From NCBI GenBank assembly GCA_010909165.1, contig MU008149.1:372001-436000 (forward strand): a DNA stretch of 64,000 nucleotides. Reading direction: 5' to 3'. How positions within the stretch are numbered: position 1 is the stretch's first letter; the number at the start of each line of letters is the position of its first letter. The position numbers and the translations under genes were made by a program. The notes under the pieces are model-generated. The model was given only the letters and a program-made list of their open reading frames with translations, did not search any database and had not been told where the DNA came from. Positions 34,957 through 48,664 of this stretch are shown here, in pieces. The stretch comes from Anthoceros angustus. Its lineage: Eukaryota > Plantae > Anthocerotophyta.

Positions 34957-37900
34957 CTAATGGTAAGCTAATGGCCCAGACCTCGACAAAACAAAGCGCC
35001 TTAGTGGACTCAGTCTTCCGTCCCTTCTCTTATCCCCCTTGAACGTGGAGCTATATTCTAAAGGACCAGAATAACGAACTCTACTGTTGGGATTGTGTTC
35101 ACCTGGATCCGGGAAGGAGGCCGACTCCATCGCACGCCTCCGTTGAGAATGGATTTTTAAAGGACCTGTCAATATCGAGCCCCTGGAACCTGAATCAGTT
35201 TCACCACCAGTATCACTTATGTTCCAGCCTTTACCTGGACTAGCAGAAATCCCTTGCGAATGCCGTCGAGAAAGGCTGACAACAGCCAAGGTTGGTACAG
35301 CATTCTCATAATAGAGCTGGTATATTGAACGCAGAACTGTGTAGGGCACAGATGCTTCCAGCGTGCTCCGAGGAAGGTGACTGGAAAACTCGCAAAGGTG
35401 ATCAAGAAACACCAACTTTGCAACAAGAGGGCTCCTGAGAAACAACACAACATAAAGAATCATGTGGATACCAAGGCTCACGCAAAAGCAAGACGCAGTA
35501 GTTCTGAAGTAAAATCGCACCTGACTGTGTCATTCCAAGCCTCTAGGATAATTGCTGAAGAACACTGCACAAAGACTTTCATGTTGGCCTTTGTGTTGGT
35601 TTCAACATCTGCTGTGGTCTCCTTCGGAAGAACCTCAAAACCAATCTCGTCTCTTCTGTGCGGTTGCTGAGCAAGGAGCTGCTTCTGAAGCTCCTTGCGT
35701 TCAGAGCGAACCAACTCACTAGCAAACAGGACAGCATTGATACACCTATTTGAGACACCACATCAGCTTATCAATCACTCACAGCGACCATTAGAATGGA
35801 GGATCGGCAGTAAAACAACTGCATAAACTCACCTGGCTAAACAGTGAACACTGTTGTTGAAACCTCCTGTGAGCACATTGAACGCGCTCATTTGCCAGAC
35901 ATTCGACGTCATACAAGCTATATAAAAGTATGGGAGAAGAGCCCAGGTTGAATCGCCTGCGCCCCCTATGTCCATCATAATAGAGTGCACCATCACCGCA
36001 TCTTGCTCTACACTTGCTCCAATGCGGCTGGCCAGCAACTTCAGTTTCAAGAGATCTTGCCTTTCTGGTATGGATGAAGGACAGAACTTGACAAAGTCTG
36101 CAAAAACTGAGAATAGAAGGGGTGTACTTGACTCAAGCACCTGGGAGGCAGCTCTAGCTAATAAAGCCCTCATACTCAAGGTGTGGCCAATCTGTAGTGA
36201 AAGTTTCATAAAATTTTCCAGGTCTGAGATGTGTTTCAATCCGTACTCCCTCTCCACACGATCATGAATGTTGGAAGCGAATGCTTCTAAGGCTTCTTTG
36301 TTTGATCGCAGGATCAGGTCCACGGAATTGAGAAGGGTAGCAAGATGCTCTCTAAGACCAGCATCGAGCTTATCCATTCCATATGGTCCAAACACACGAA
36401 CAAAAGCCCTTAACTCTGCTACATCAGTCAAAGACTCGGCAGATGCTAAACCTACGAGCTTCAGACTCTTGAAACACGAATCCAAAGGTGAAAAGCAAAC
36501 TCCAGCAGACTTTACATCCTTGATGACGTTCTCCAAATACCAGTCACAAATTGAGGAGACTGCTCCACCACCAGGACTGAGGTTGCTACCAGGAGGGTGA
36601 AGGTCTCGCATCCGTCCTGAGAATGCCTCAGTAAGGAGGACTTCTCTAAGGCCTCGTGTCAGATCCATGCTTACATGCTGCTCGATAAGATGCACAATGG
36701 TCATGTGTCGCAATATTTGACTCTCAAACACAGATGGTCGCTGAAGGTCTCCCTCCACAAATATTGTGTTCAGAAGTCGAGAGCGAAAGTTGTTGAGTAG
36801 CCTGTCCCGCAGAAACTACAGAACCCATGGAAACCGATTAGACAACTTTAAAGAAGCCCATACCCGTGTGGGGAAAGACATCAGCAGAGTAACCTGAAGG
36901 GGGCACTTCTGAGCCATCTACTTACTTCTCTGGGAACAAAGACATGGTTTTGAATCCGCAGAGGTTCTAGTTCATTGAGCTGGGAACAGAGACTCGTTAG
37001 CCTTTGCACGGCTGCCTCAAACCTGCCAAGGACAAATGAGACCAATCAAACTACACATCTCAGAACAACATTCAGTGCCAACCAAGACTAACAGCTGCAG
37101 TACTCACGTTCTAATGGAGCTCCGGCTTGCAGGTTCACTTTCAGAGCCCGGAAGATCGATGCTGCCTTTCACTGATCTTAAAGTTGAGATGCCATTCTTC
37201 GCAGCTTGGTTCATTAGTATTGCAGCATGTTCCGGAAGAAGCTGCACTCGTGCAAGCCAGAAGATAAATCTAAGGACACCATGGATATAACCAAAGTCCC
37301 TAGGTCTTCAGAGCTCCAAACAGAAGCAAGAAGGTGAATATACGTACCTTCCTATCAAGAGCACCATATCCTCCCTCAGTGTCGAGGATATTAATGAGGC
37401 CCTCCAGGCCCCCCATAACCGACTCCAATATGGATTCCGCATATACAACTGAATCCTTTGAGAGTTTTGGAAGCTGCTCACAGCATGCCAACAAGCATAG
37501 GCCAATAGACATAAAGGCCACTGGAATTATGAGCTTCCAGAAGTGATGCGCTTGTTTTCCTTTGAGATCAAAAGATGAAAAAACATACCTCATCGAGCAC
37601 ACTGCCATGAACATTTTCAGGAAAGCTGCTTGCAATGCTCAACCAAGCACAGCAATGTTGTGGGCGGCCCTCTGGTCCAAACATGGTGTGCTTGAACACC
37701 TGGGGCAATCAACAGATCCATTTGAAGCACATGAGTGAAGGAAGCGATACCAACATCATCCATATCAACGGCCTTTAGTTCCCTAGCACCAGGGCAAAAC
37801 CATTAGGGGCTGAGACCCTCAGTACCGCAGTGATTTGCTGGCGGTAGAAACAAAGTGCTTTAAGACTGCTATGCTGAGAAATTTGTTTTTCGACATCATC

Positions 37901-40900
37901 AACAGTCCTGCAAAAAACCATTGGGAGAGCCAAATTACTATCAAAATATCTCAAAAGAGGCACAGTACACTACACCAGATATTTCAGTTGCTAGTCTTCC
38001 AAGTACCTGGACCACAAGTAAGCCATATTTCCTTCTGAAACTATGCTCTCCTTTCCTGTGGAAATAGTGGCCTTGTCAAGGTGACGAATTGTCACAGAAG
38101 AGTGTGAGGATGAGATTATCATAATTACTCGAAGCCAATCCTTGCGAAATCCCTGAACAACACCAGCTTAGCTTATTCACTACACTTCAAGAAGCAGAAT
38201 TACTAAGGGGGACCAACGCTCTAAAATAGGAAGGGGACTGTGTGGGAGGTGGTAACTGAACCTGCAATTCGATAGCGGATGGTGAAGTGCGGAGAGATAA
38301 CTGAACTGCAGTCGTAACTAGCTTCTCACTCTGCAACTTTGGTACTCGTTCAAGATTATCAATCACGGACATGAAAAGTCCACGCAGTTCCGCATCAATG
38401 TCAAGAGCTATCATCCCAGGACAACCCAAGAGAAATCTTATTCTTTGTGCTCCAGCCGCAAGACAACCCAGTGCATACCCTCTGACAGCTGTAGTGTTTG
38501 CAAAGTGCAGGTTACAAACAGGCTTCACTGGCAGCAATAAATATATATACATACATGTACATACATAAGCATGCGAAAGACAAACCTGAGATATACTTGC
38601 GCAATAGTCCACATAATCGCTCCATCCCATCCAATAGGAAACCTATTGTCGCATCTGTCGTATCCTAAAATTATCAACAGCTCAGGTTATACGGCAGTTT
38701 ACTCTTACGAAATACAGAACTTGATGACCAACCACCAACTTCAACTTGGAAAGCTTTTGAAAGAGTTCTCATCTTACCATGTCAACTGGGACAACACGAG
38801 TCCCCTTGGCCCGTGTGATAACAACACCCACATGGCTGAAATACCATATGATTTCAGATCGTGCCATAGCCAGTGCGGAGAAAACCATCTGCAATATGCA
38901 ATGGCATCCACTTAAGGTTACCTGGTGCATTTGTTTGCCCACACAGGCTCTACAAAATAATCTTCATAATACCTGAATGTTTGGTGCTAACAGGCTTGGT
39001 TGATCTGAAAAAAAAAGAATCATACGACCAAGCTCCTGCTTCAACAGCATACGCTGCTGCCTGTGGGTTATATCAGAGCTGAGTATTGCAATGTCATATG
39101 CATCACTGCAAAATGCACATGACAAGAGTAAGCATGGCAGTGACACTGCAGGCAAAGAGCACACTAATCACTAAATTGTGTTAGACAAAGCCAAATAAAG
39201 AAGAGAAACCATTTTCCAATAGATGTAACAAAACAACCAAACGTGTCTGCAGGTTTAGAGTGTGTCAGCCGTACCAGATTGTTCGCTCAACCTGTTTGGC
39301 AAGATTGTATTCAAGATCTGCATCCTTCAGCCTCGTTCTCCCTGCTTTGGCTAGCTTTTTCGCATCCACCACTTTTGGGATGACATATTGTTGATACTCT
39401 TCATGCAAAAGAATGTACTGCAAAGGAACACCACGACCTAATCAGATTTTCACAACACCTAACAGCATCAGATTTTGTCACGATAAGCAACATCACAGAC
39501 TATAAACAGCTTACTTCGTCACGAAACAGAGGCAGCACCAGGCTGGTCTTAAATATGGCCTGCAAAACAATAAGATAACATAAGCCAAGGAACAAGTACA
39601 AGTAGGAAGCTGCTTCGACCTGCAACTGTTGGGTGGAGGGTTGTCATGAGACCCTAGTCATCATTTCAGGAAACAGCACAATTGGATCCAAAATTGAGAC
39701 CTCTTCATGCAGGAAAAGGTGTCTAGTAAAGTTCGCGAATCACAAACCATCAATACATCAATTGCATTGACTCTGAGAAGTTCACTTGGGCAGACAAGGT
39801 ACCCAAGCAGCACCCAATCACGATAAGAATCAATGTTGGCTAATTCCTGCGCTCTCTGCAGCCACAAACGAAAGGAACCTATGAGACCAGGGCCAGAAGC
39901 CAGAGCAAGCGCCCATATTAAGCAGCTTCAAAGTCATTAGCCATTCCATCAACTTCCAACATGAATACCCACAATCAAGCAGAGGGGCATTGAACAGGCA
40001 TACCGCAGGATGAGCAGAATTTGTGAGTTTATCAGGATATCTGGGATGAAAGGGGCTCAAAAATCCTTCACTTCGCAGCTTTTGGAAATTTGTACCAAGA
40101 TAAACTGTTGGCCGAATAGCCTCCAAGATCTGCATACTCATCTTCATTAGACATCTTCGAGACAATTTGGGACCTTCTGAAAGCACGAAACCTCCAGAAT
40201 ACAAAGTCTTGAACTCCAGAGAAAGCAACAGCCGACTGTATGCACTCTGGTAGAGATATCCACATAGCACATTACACACACCTCGCCAACACGAGGGCTC
40301 ACGAAATTGAGATCTTCGTGTAGTCCTTTCAGTGGTTCATCATATGAATCAACAAACTGAACCAGTCTGCACACAAAACAACAAGTGAATCGCTTGCCAG
40401 TTATCCGGGACAAACTCTGGAAAACTGCAAAAATGATTTTCATACCGGTGATAAAACTCATAGTCCCTCCCATTCTTGACATAGCTATGTGCTAGGTTAT
40501 AAACCTGCAAAAGCATCTTCCTCGGAACCTAGAAAGCAAGCACAGGCTCTCAACTGCTATTGCACAGCTGTGTTGGCAGAAAAAGAATACCACGTCTAAC
40601 AGGGTGCCTACCTTCTCTGCGTAGAGATTAACTCTCACGAAGGCACAGAACAGGTCCATGAAAGCATGAAGCACCAATGGGTTCTGATGCGGCTGCACAA
40701 GATATTCGTAAGGATTAGTTTTCAAGGTTTACAGACTTCTGCAACTGGGACCAGTTCACAAAAAGCTTGACATTGCTCTGTGTGACTGCTTTGAATTTCG
40801 TTCCATCGTAGATTTGAAGTGCAAGTTACATCAGGCCAAATAGTCAAGTACCAGAAGAGTGACCACAGTGCTGCTCAGGTAAAGAATCACCCGTAGTGCC

Positions 40901-41713
40901 TGTTCACGAAATGTCATCAAATCATAAAGCACCTGCCATATGTTTCAAGAAAACTGGTAAGATGGCCTCTGCGCCAGGCAATTCACGGTGGTAGCAAAAA
41001 AACCAGTGGCCAAGGTATTCGTCATGGTTTGAGAGAGGAACTGAGTTTGTAAAACGTCCGAACGGTATTAGTGTGGGAATCCTACCAAAAGCCAAGGCTC
41101 CAACGCAGCGAGATACTGCTCAGCGTTATCTTGCAGCACATCCAGACCGGCTTTGTCTACCTGCATTACACAGCGCACAAATGAGGAAGAGATGACACAT
41201 GCACAAGCAGAGTGTGTATGTGTCAACTCCCACCGGCGTCAAAGACAGTGAAACGAAGCAGAACCCCACCTTGTCGAGCTGCATTTTGCCAGGATGCTCG
41301 GGAAACCTTTTGGCAACATAAGTGCAGAGCTTCGGAATGTCAGGGAATAGCCCTGACTTGGTAAACGCCTCCGAAAACTGCAACGAGCCACTGTTAGGAA
41401 GATCGAGAATCTGCCGCAGCTGATACAACTTGGTCATCAGCCCCTCCGCGATGACGTTCAGATGGAATATTCCTTCTATCTGCCGGATCCGCTGGCTGCT
41501 TCTCCCATTGGTCTGCTGTCCGAGCATGCTCGGAATCCTCCTGTAAACAGACGAATGCGATGACGACCCCGAGCTGTAGTCGTTCCAGCCAAAAGCATCC
41601 TCACCATCGTCGCTCCTGGCGTGCCCCTCCGGAGCAGCGTCCCGCTTGAAGAAGCTGGACGGCTGCCGTGCGTAGCGCGGCGGCTGGCCATTGCCATACC
41701 TGTCGCCTTCCAT
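34957..41713 (-). CDS. NAP1: NCK-associated protein 1 (NAP1/NAPP/GNARLED), SCAR/WAVE complex subunit; ~23 exons
   Basis: Collinear exons match plant NAP1: HAFMDLFCAFVRVNL, LKGLHEDLNFVSPRVGEV, GFLSPFHPRYPD, WVLLGYLVCP, TMFGPEGRPQHCCAWL, MGGLEGLINILD, LQRPSV...EQHVSMDLT and SRSGPLAY-stop. Checked introns are GT-AG. Confidence 0.97.
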
Positions 41714-42975
41714 CTCCCCTTCCCAGCTCCCCTCCACAAGCACCTAAACTTGCTCTCCCCGACTGCTACCTCCCCTGCTGCAAATCGGGCACCCGAGCGT
41801 CACCAGCAGGCGCAATCCGTATCTAATTCGGAAGAAAGGCTCCAGCTTCTCTCCACATTGCATTGCCGAGCCGTCCCCGACCGCAGCTGGCAGGACATGA
41901 GGACAGGCTCCTGACGGGAGCAAGGTAATGAGGCTGCGCTCGCAGACTATGCCGGGGCTGATAGCAGCTGCAGTAGCCGGACAGACGAGAGCAGTGCTGA
42001 GCGGCAATGAAGGGAGCAAGCATTGAGAGGACGGCGTGCGTGTCAGGCTGCAAACACAGGTCGACTTGCTATCCGCCCGCGCCTGCGAAGTGCAGTGGAA
42101 GGACCCCACGGGTTCCTGCCATCACCACTGCCCAGAGAGTTAGCCCGGGCTCCCGAGACGAGGCCCGCGCGGCTCGTCTCGTCTCCTCTCGCGAGGTGGT
42201 GTGGACAGGAGAATCTGACTTGTGAACAGGAGTCACAGAGTCACGTTTTGAGAAACGCGACTCGAGCCTTTCGGACACTGTACGGAACGCGTCACTCCCT
42301 TCGCTCACTCGCCAACTAGGCTATACGGGACATACTGGATACATTCTACATGTACCAGTGTGCATATGAACGTGAAACTTGAAACGTCTTACATGGACGC
42401 ATTAATCAATCAGTCTTTATATTGTTAAAGAGAGATAGATCTACATTCAAATAGTGTGAAAGTGTGAAAAGAAGGTTTTAAAGATTTTATAAAGATATCT
42501 TATTATATTATATTAAAGTTTAAAATCCAAAAAAACTATTTGTTGTTAGGGTTGTATAGGAAGTATCTCTCGATGCAAATTTGTTGTTGGAAAGATTATT
42601 TATCGTTGTTGGGAGGATGGCTTTAACCATTACTCCCTCGAGCGCAAAGGATACCTATTGTCCAATGAAGGCTACGGATTAGGGATACCCACCTGGAGAG
42701 GTGTTCTATCGTAGAGCTGCCGAGGTGGCCGTCCCTATGGACGGGCGTTCCTACACGTAAGTGCGTGGGAAAGACGAGAGCTCCAACACACGAGGCTTTT
42801 GCTCTATGGACCGAGCGCATAGCGTGACGTCTGTTGTGTAACTTTAATCTGGTTGCCCGATTAGCAACCAAACTAAAAATCCGTATCTTTCTCCACAACA
42901 GTTGTGAGTTTTTATCGTGAAACAGCGAAGAGGTGAAAATCTATGAATGTTCCAAAATGTACGATTGAAATTTTA

Positions 42976-43353
42976 CTAATGACAAAATTCAATATTGGAT
43001 TCTTTGTCACGAAGTGCTTCCTCATATTTAGTAGACAGAGGGAGAATCTTTTCTACTATTTGGCTGAGGGTAGAACTAACCTCCATATTGTTTTGTATTA
43101 CTAGTTTCAAAGTGAATACCTTCTCGTGAAGTTTTAATAGATTCTTGTACATGCGTTCTGTAGATTTCAGAGTGTTTGTGGCACATCTGAAAATACCACT
43201 TATACCAAAATTAATGACACAAACAGGGAAGAAAACAAGAGGAGCAAAGCATAAGTTAATAAGCGTAATAACCGTAATAACACAATACATTGCTTTTAGC
43301 CATCGGCCATCTGCTAGAACAACGTGAGACAAGGTTAAATCTTTCTCAATCAT
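42976..43353 (-). other. AT-rich ~125-aa ORF with a hydrophobic segment and coiled-coil-like tail, unknown
   Basis: MIEKDL...YCVITVITLINLCFAPLVFFPVCVINFGI...LLKLHEKVFTLKL. No family recognised. Confidence 0.3.
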
Positions 43354-44132
43354 CAGACTTGGGCACACTCAACAAGCGAAGCCAAGCAGGACTATAGTGC
43401 ACAATACTCATGGTAACAGAAAAGCGGCCAGAGCAAGGTTCTGTCGCACGAGGTAAACACTTGCATTCATATGAGCACTTCCTCAATAGACAACCAAGCA
43501 ACACAAATCTAATACGCAAGTATACGGGCAAACCAATAACCATAGAAGGGAGTAGCTCGCACGCCGTGGCACAAACACACTCTCCCCACGAGAACAAGAC
43601 GCGAATTCCTCACACATCGCTCTCGGAGTCATAGCTTTGGCTTCCTCACTACCCTCTTTTGCATTGCATATCTAGAGGACAAACTATGATCTGAGCTTGT
43701 CCTCTGTGAAAGGGTCTGTATATACTAGCCCTTGGCATCAGCATATTCCTAAGATATCCTATTGGCAGCAGCATATGCCGAAAATATCCTAAGAATACAC
43801 TACAATATGCAAGGAGTATGCTAAAGCATATTACTTGAGCTTATCCACTTAGCTATTGCTAACCATGTTTAATCAACACTAATCAATGCTAATTAACATA
43901 AATACTTTAGATTAATTAATACTAATTACTTACTTAATGATAAATAATTAGATTAATTAATACTAATCAAACACTAAACCGAAGTGCAGTGATTAGTGTC
44001 ACACGACATGATAGCTCCGGTATTTCTCCTTACGAAATTCATCTTAAACTCCCTTCTTATATTGAGAGAGACACAAAGCTCGAAATAAACTTTGCAGTGC
44101 GCCAAGGGGCACCTTCGTTTCTTGTCCTTCAC

Positions 44133-44366
44133 TTTTCCTGCCTAAACTCTCATCTTTCCTGCCTGAACTCGTCTTTCCTGCCTAAACTCGTCTTTCCTGC
44201 CTAAACTCGTGTCTTAACTTATCAGTACACAAGTCTCGTTGGTTGTTTATTGGTGTTTTCCAAACTTTCCAATCCTTGGTCCTGAGCTTTGCTCTCCATT
44301 CAATACCAAAAACTCGAACAACTCGAACAACTCGAATAACTCGAATAACTCGAACAACTAGAACAA
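44133..44366. repeat. 19-bp (x4) and 9-bp (x6) tandem repeats
   Basis: tttcctgcctaaactcgtc at 44133-44210 and aactcgaa(c/t) at 44310-44366. Confidence 0.9.
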
Positions 44367-45249
44367 TGGTGGTTTGGTGCACTGAACAGCCACGGGCCTC
44401 AGGTTGATTGAGTAGCGGCCCTCAGGTCCTTCGCTACGGAAGCCCGACGCTGACCCCACGCACAGCCCCGCGCCACGGCACACCACACGCACCGTCGCCC
44501 CACCATGGCCCGCCGCGACTTCGCCATGAGCGAACAGGGATGGTTCGAGGACCTCCCGGTTACCCCACCTCAGGGAGTCAAGTGCTGGCAAACAACGAAG
44601 CTTCGAGGTCTCTTACACATTGTAAGGAGTCCAGCACATCCGACAATTCCTGTGGTTGGGAAACAGGTTTCCATCGATGGTCGTCGCCAGGAGCAGGAGC
44701 TCTTGCGGCCACACCTTTTTCTGGGCCGTACCATGTCATGAGATAACAGGCGAGACAAGAAGAGGTCTCGTCCGTCTGACTTCCGGCATAAGGGCTCCCT
44801 CGAGGTCCTCTGGTGGAACACTTGGGTGGATGAGCAGCTCGTTGCTTTGGATATGCAGATGGGTCATGCTGCATCTCCTTCCAAGGAGAGCTCGCCGCAA
44901 TCCTGGCAGGCATGCAAAATCGGGATGGGCGTCTTAGCGGGTGCAACCGGGAGCAAGTTATGTCAGCTATGGAAGCTTCCTGAGGCCGTTGGGGGCCCTG
45001 GAATACTTGACGCAGACAGGATGTCGTATTCCTCAGTCCCTCTTGTACACTGTGCCCAAACTGTGTGCAGTTAAGAAGGCTGTGGTTGCGAAAGTTCATG
45101 ATATCACTGTCAAACCTGGGGACCAGTCTAATACATCCTTGGGGAAACATATCTTGCGCAGGTATGCATGCGCGTGCGAAGGTAGGTTGAAGAGGCCATG
45201 GATGTGTACACCAGGGTAGGCATTGGGCAAACAACATTATCTCCGCAGA

Positions 45250-46045
45250 TGCTAAACATGGGGGGCCATACAACTGTACGTTGAAATGCGTACCTCAGGG
45301 TTTAAGGTGGGTGGGACGATTTTGCAGCTGCTCTTCAAGGTTGCGCATTTTCGGCCGACTTGGAGTCTGGCAGGATTGTGCATTGTGATGTGTTGCACAG
45401 TGGCATTGGCACCTGCCTGGTGGACATGTATGCTTTATGTGGCGAACTGGAAGATTCACGCCAGGTTTTTGACTTGGACGGCCCTCACTGCTGGGTATGC
45501 ACATCGTGGGCCCGGTGAAGAGGCGATTGATCTGTATGGACTAATTGAGCAGGGGGTCCTGATTTTGGCAAACCATTCCACTTTTGCGTGCCTTCTGAAG
45601 GGCTGTGCAAGTGCTGGTGCCTTACAGAAGGGCAGGCAGCTGCATTCACAGATTATGGAAAGAGGACTCCTAGATGGCACACTGGCTGGCACCTGCCCGG
45701 TGGACATGGCAGATACCCATGGTCAAAATGTGGCGAACTGGAAGATGCTCGCTGAGGTTTTGCCTGCTTGGTCACAAAGGATGTGGTGACATGGAATGCG
45801 CTGATTGCATGGTATGCAAACCATGGGCTCTGAAATGGCTTTGCGGGCATGCTGAGAAGCTAGCTCTGGCGTGTGGTGTCTTGAACACTCCAAGTGGCAC
45901 ACCTCGGCTGGTAACCAAAAATCTATGCATGGGCAGTGACGGCAACAGTCCCACCGAGATCATGTCGAGGGTTGAAAAAAGAGACATTGTTGTAAGGGAT
46001 GGGTACCGTGTGCATCGATTCGCAGCTGGTTGTTGCAGTTGAGGG
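45250..46045 (+). pseudogene. PLS-class PPR-DYW RNA-editing factor pseudogene, internally deleted
   Basis: TCLVDMYALCGELEDSRQVFD, WTALTAGYA, TFACLLKGCAS..ALQKGRQLHSQI and DVVTWNALI are followed directly by CGHAEKLALA...VTKNL...VVRD..RVHRF..GCCS. CxxC is degraded. Confidence 0.9.
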
Positions 46046-46859
46046 GAAGCCGGTGCGGTGGTGAAGGCTACGTTGGATGGGTGGTAGCTTCGGTGGCCTG
46101 GTGACTTGTGGGGACCCATTTGAGCCCTACCAAGTTGTCCTTCCCCTTGCCCTTGCCCTTGCCCTTGCTTGAGATTCTTCCGCTTTGAAAAACAGGATGC
46201 ATAGAACACAGCCTGCTGACAATAACGAATGAGTGCAGCAACTGATTGGGCTAATTTTCAGCTAGACTAACTATCATTCTAGGGCTAATAATAAAGCGAG
46301 CACAGCCTTTGCTGCTGAAGTGCGCAAAACAACCATCTATCCTACGTAGACATAGTGACTATTGTTCCGGCTGGCAATGCGGTGGAAGCAACGTATGCAC
46401 TAAAATCCCAATTCCTTCCATGACATCCCAAGCTATTAGTGTCTGTGGATAACTACGCACACAGTGACACCTCTGTGCATAACGTCCTCTCTACAGGTCG
46501 CGGAGGCAGGGTTGTCTCGTCTGAAGGTCTCGTGTCCCTCCTTCCCTTTTGCAATATATGGAACGTACATTCTCAACTGGAGCACATACCACCCCGGTCA
46601 GAGTGGAGTTTGCACGGTCGCAGGGTTCATGTTGAGAGGATGTACGTGCTTCCTGCAGGCACCTGCAGGAGGAATCACCAAACACAGCACTTGAAACTGG
46701 GAACAGCGAGTCGGCGATTATGTTCACAAAGTGTAGCAGCTCCCAAGATGCTCAGACGCAAACGTTGCTCCCTTGCCCTGCAGCTGGTAGCTCTGCAATT
46801 GCTGCATTTTAAAATTCATATTAGAATCTCAAAAACTACGCACGTAGGCACATTCCTGC

Positions 46860-47290
46860 AACGATGGCTCTGCAGCTCAGTGTGGGCGTCAGGGAGCGGC
46901 TCAGCCCAGGTTATTGAGGCCAAGCGGGCTGGGAAGTACGATGGCGAAGCCAAGCGGGAAGGGAGAGGGCGTGAAGTGGGCAACCGCTAGCACAGGCTGG
47001 GCTGGGAAACAGAAGTGCAGATCGTAGAGCGGAAATCGATACCAGGAGGATGCTGCGAAGTCGAGGGCTACACCACGCGGCAGCCTGACAGGTTGCTGCC
47101 ATGTCCCGCTTCCACATGACGCGCTCCAGGCCCGGCGGGGTGTAGTCTGTGCCCAGGTCCCGGTCGGAGAATGCCCCGGGCGTGGCAAAGAAGGAAGCTT
47201 TCCTCAGCGCCTGGGCACGGCCGTGATCAGGCGGGCCGTGGTGGCCATGGCGTCGGCGCACTCGTCCGGCCATGCTTGGTTTTTTGGTTT
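46860..47290 (-). pseudogene. Probable BAHD acyltransferase C-terminal fragment
   Basis: DFAASSWYRFPLYDLHF...GFAIVLPSP resembles the SW.rfp.Y..DFGWG...G...lP region. The DFGWG motif itself is degenerate. Confidence 0.5.
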
Positions 47291-47499
47291 TGTGTGCTGT
47301 AGGACCGAGTTGTGAAACTCCGAATCCTTTGCGGATGAGAATCATCCCTTTGATAACAAGCCTCTGAAGCCAGTTGTGATGCCTTGTAGAAAGGTTCGGG
47401 AGATGAGGCCACGAGAAAGGCGTGCTGCACCAAGGGCTCAAGCCTCCTGCTCTTAATTCTAGGCGATAGAGGGTAGATGCGCGTAGGTTTGCGATCTGT

Positions 47500-47935
47500 A
47501 TTGAGCCGTTTTCGCTTGCTCGTGAATTGCAGGGGTTCGTGCTACTCCCACGGTTGCTGAAGCTGGCAAGAAATAAAAGAGATCCGTGGTTTAGCTCGGA
47601 GGGGAAGGCCGAGCAGGTTTCAGCGTAGCAGTGCCAGAGTAGCTGACTATGGAAACTCACGCTCGGTTTTAAATCGTCCTGGCTGCAGGAGTGCAGTGTC
47701 ATTGAGTGTGCAGTGTCTTGAGCCGTTTTCGGTTGCTTGTGAATTGCAGGGGTTCGTGCTACTCCCACGATTGCTGATGCTGGCACGAAATGAAGAGATT
47801 TGTAGGTTAGTTCGGAGAGGAAGGCTGAGCAGGTTCACTGTTTCGGCGTAGCAGAGCCAGAGTAGCTGATTATGGAAAATCACGCTCGGTTTTGAATCCT
47901 CCTGGCTGAAGGAGGGCAGTGCAGTGTCATTGGTC
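47500..47935. repeat. ~220-bp diverged direct repeat, 2 copies
   Basis: ttgagccgttttcg...gaattgcaggggttcgtgctactcccacg...gcagtgtcattg occurs twice. Confidence 0.85.
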
Positions 47936-48039
47936 CAGCAGGTGCTGGGCTTGATGACGATGACTCGCGCCCTGTTGCTGAGGAAGCGTTCAGGCCCAGC
48001 TTTGTGAAGCATGTCGAGAAAGCGGTCACTTTGTTGCAG

Positions 48040-48420
48040 AGCATTGGAAGTCTGGCCATTTTCCATACATGTCCACCAGGCAACTAGTTGCCCAACACTG
48101 CGTCATTCGGCAGTCCTCTTTCGACAAGTGTGTGAGACTGTGCAGCTGCCTGCTCTTCTGTAAGGCACCAGTGCTTTAACAGACCTTTAGAACCCAAGCA
48201 GATGTAACATCGTCAGCCAACGATCTCTGGAAAATCCGTCCCCACTCAAACATTTTCTCGCGAGTGGGAGTACCCCAACAAAAACATGATGCTGATCGCA
48301 GTTTAGAAATTCGACCATGAGATTGAACGATCGTCGCAGATTTGGGCTGGGACAAGTGGCTAGGCAACTTTCAGGCAATTTGGGCGGGAGAATCTGCTCA
48401 TATCAACTGGAACTGCAGCG
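48040..48420 (-). pseudogene. PLS PPR fragment
   Basis: VTSAWVLKVC*STGALQKSRQLHS and TSCLVDMYGK. Confidence 0.65.
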
Positions 48421-48664
48421 GTGATTGTGGCCGCATGGCCCCAGTTGTTAGTGTGCAGCACTGTAATCCAATGGTGTCAGATTGTCAATGTGAGAGGTGT
48501 CTTGGGCTGTTGCGAGATTAGGAAAAAATTGGATATTCAATGCCGACAGTTCTCGAGCTTTCGAATCGCTACAAAAACAATCACAATGGTACGCCAATTA
48601 CATTGTCGGTGCTAATCTTTTGACCCATCACCTATGCATTGTGCGATAAAAACATCACCTATAT

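Noticed and set aside
44366-45240. Possible transposase relic
   Set aside because: The resemblance to CACTA-type motifs is faint and no catalytic motif or TIR is recognisable.
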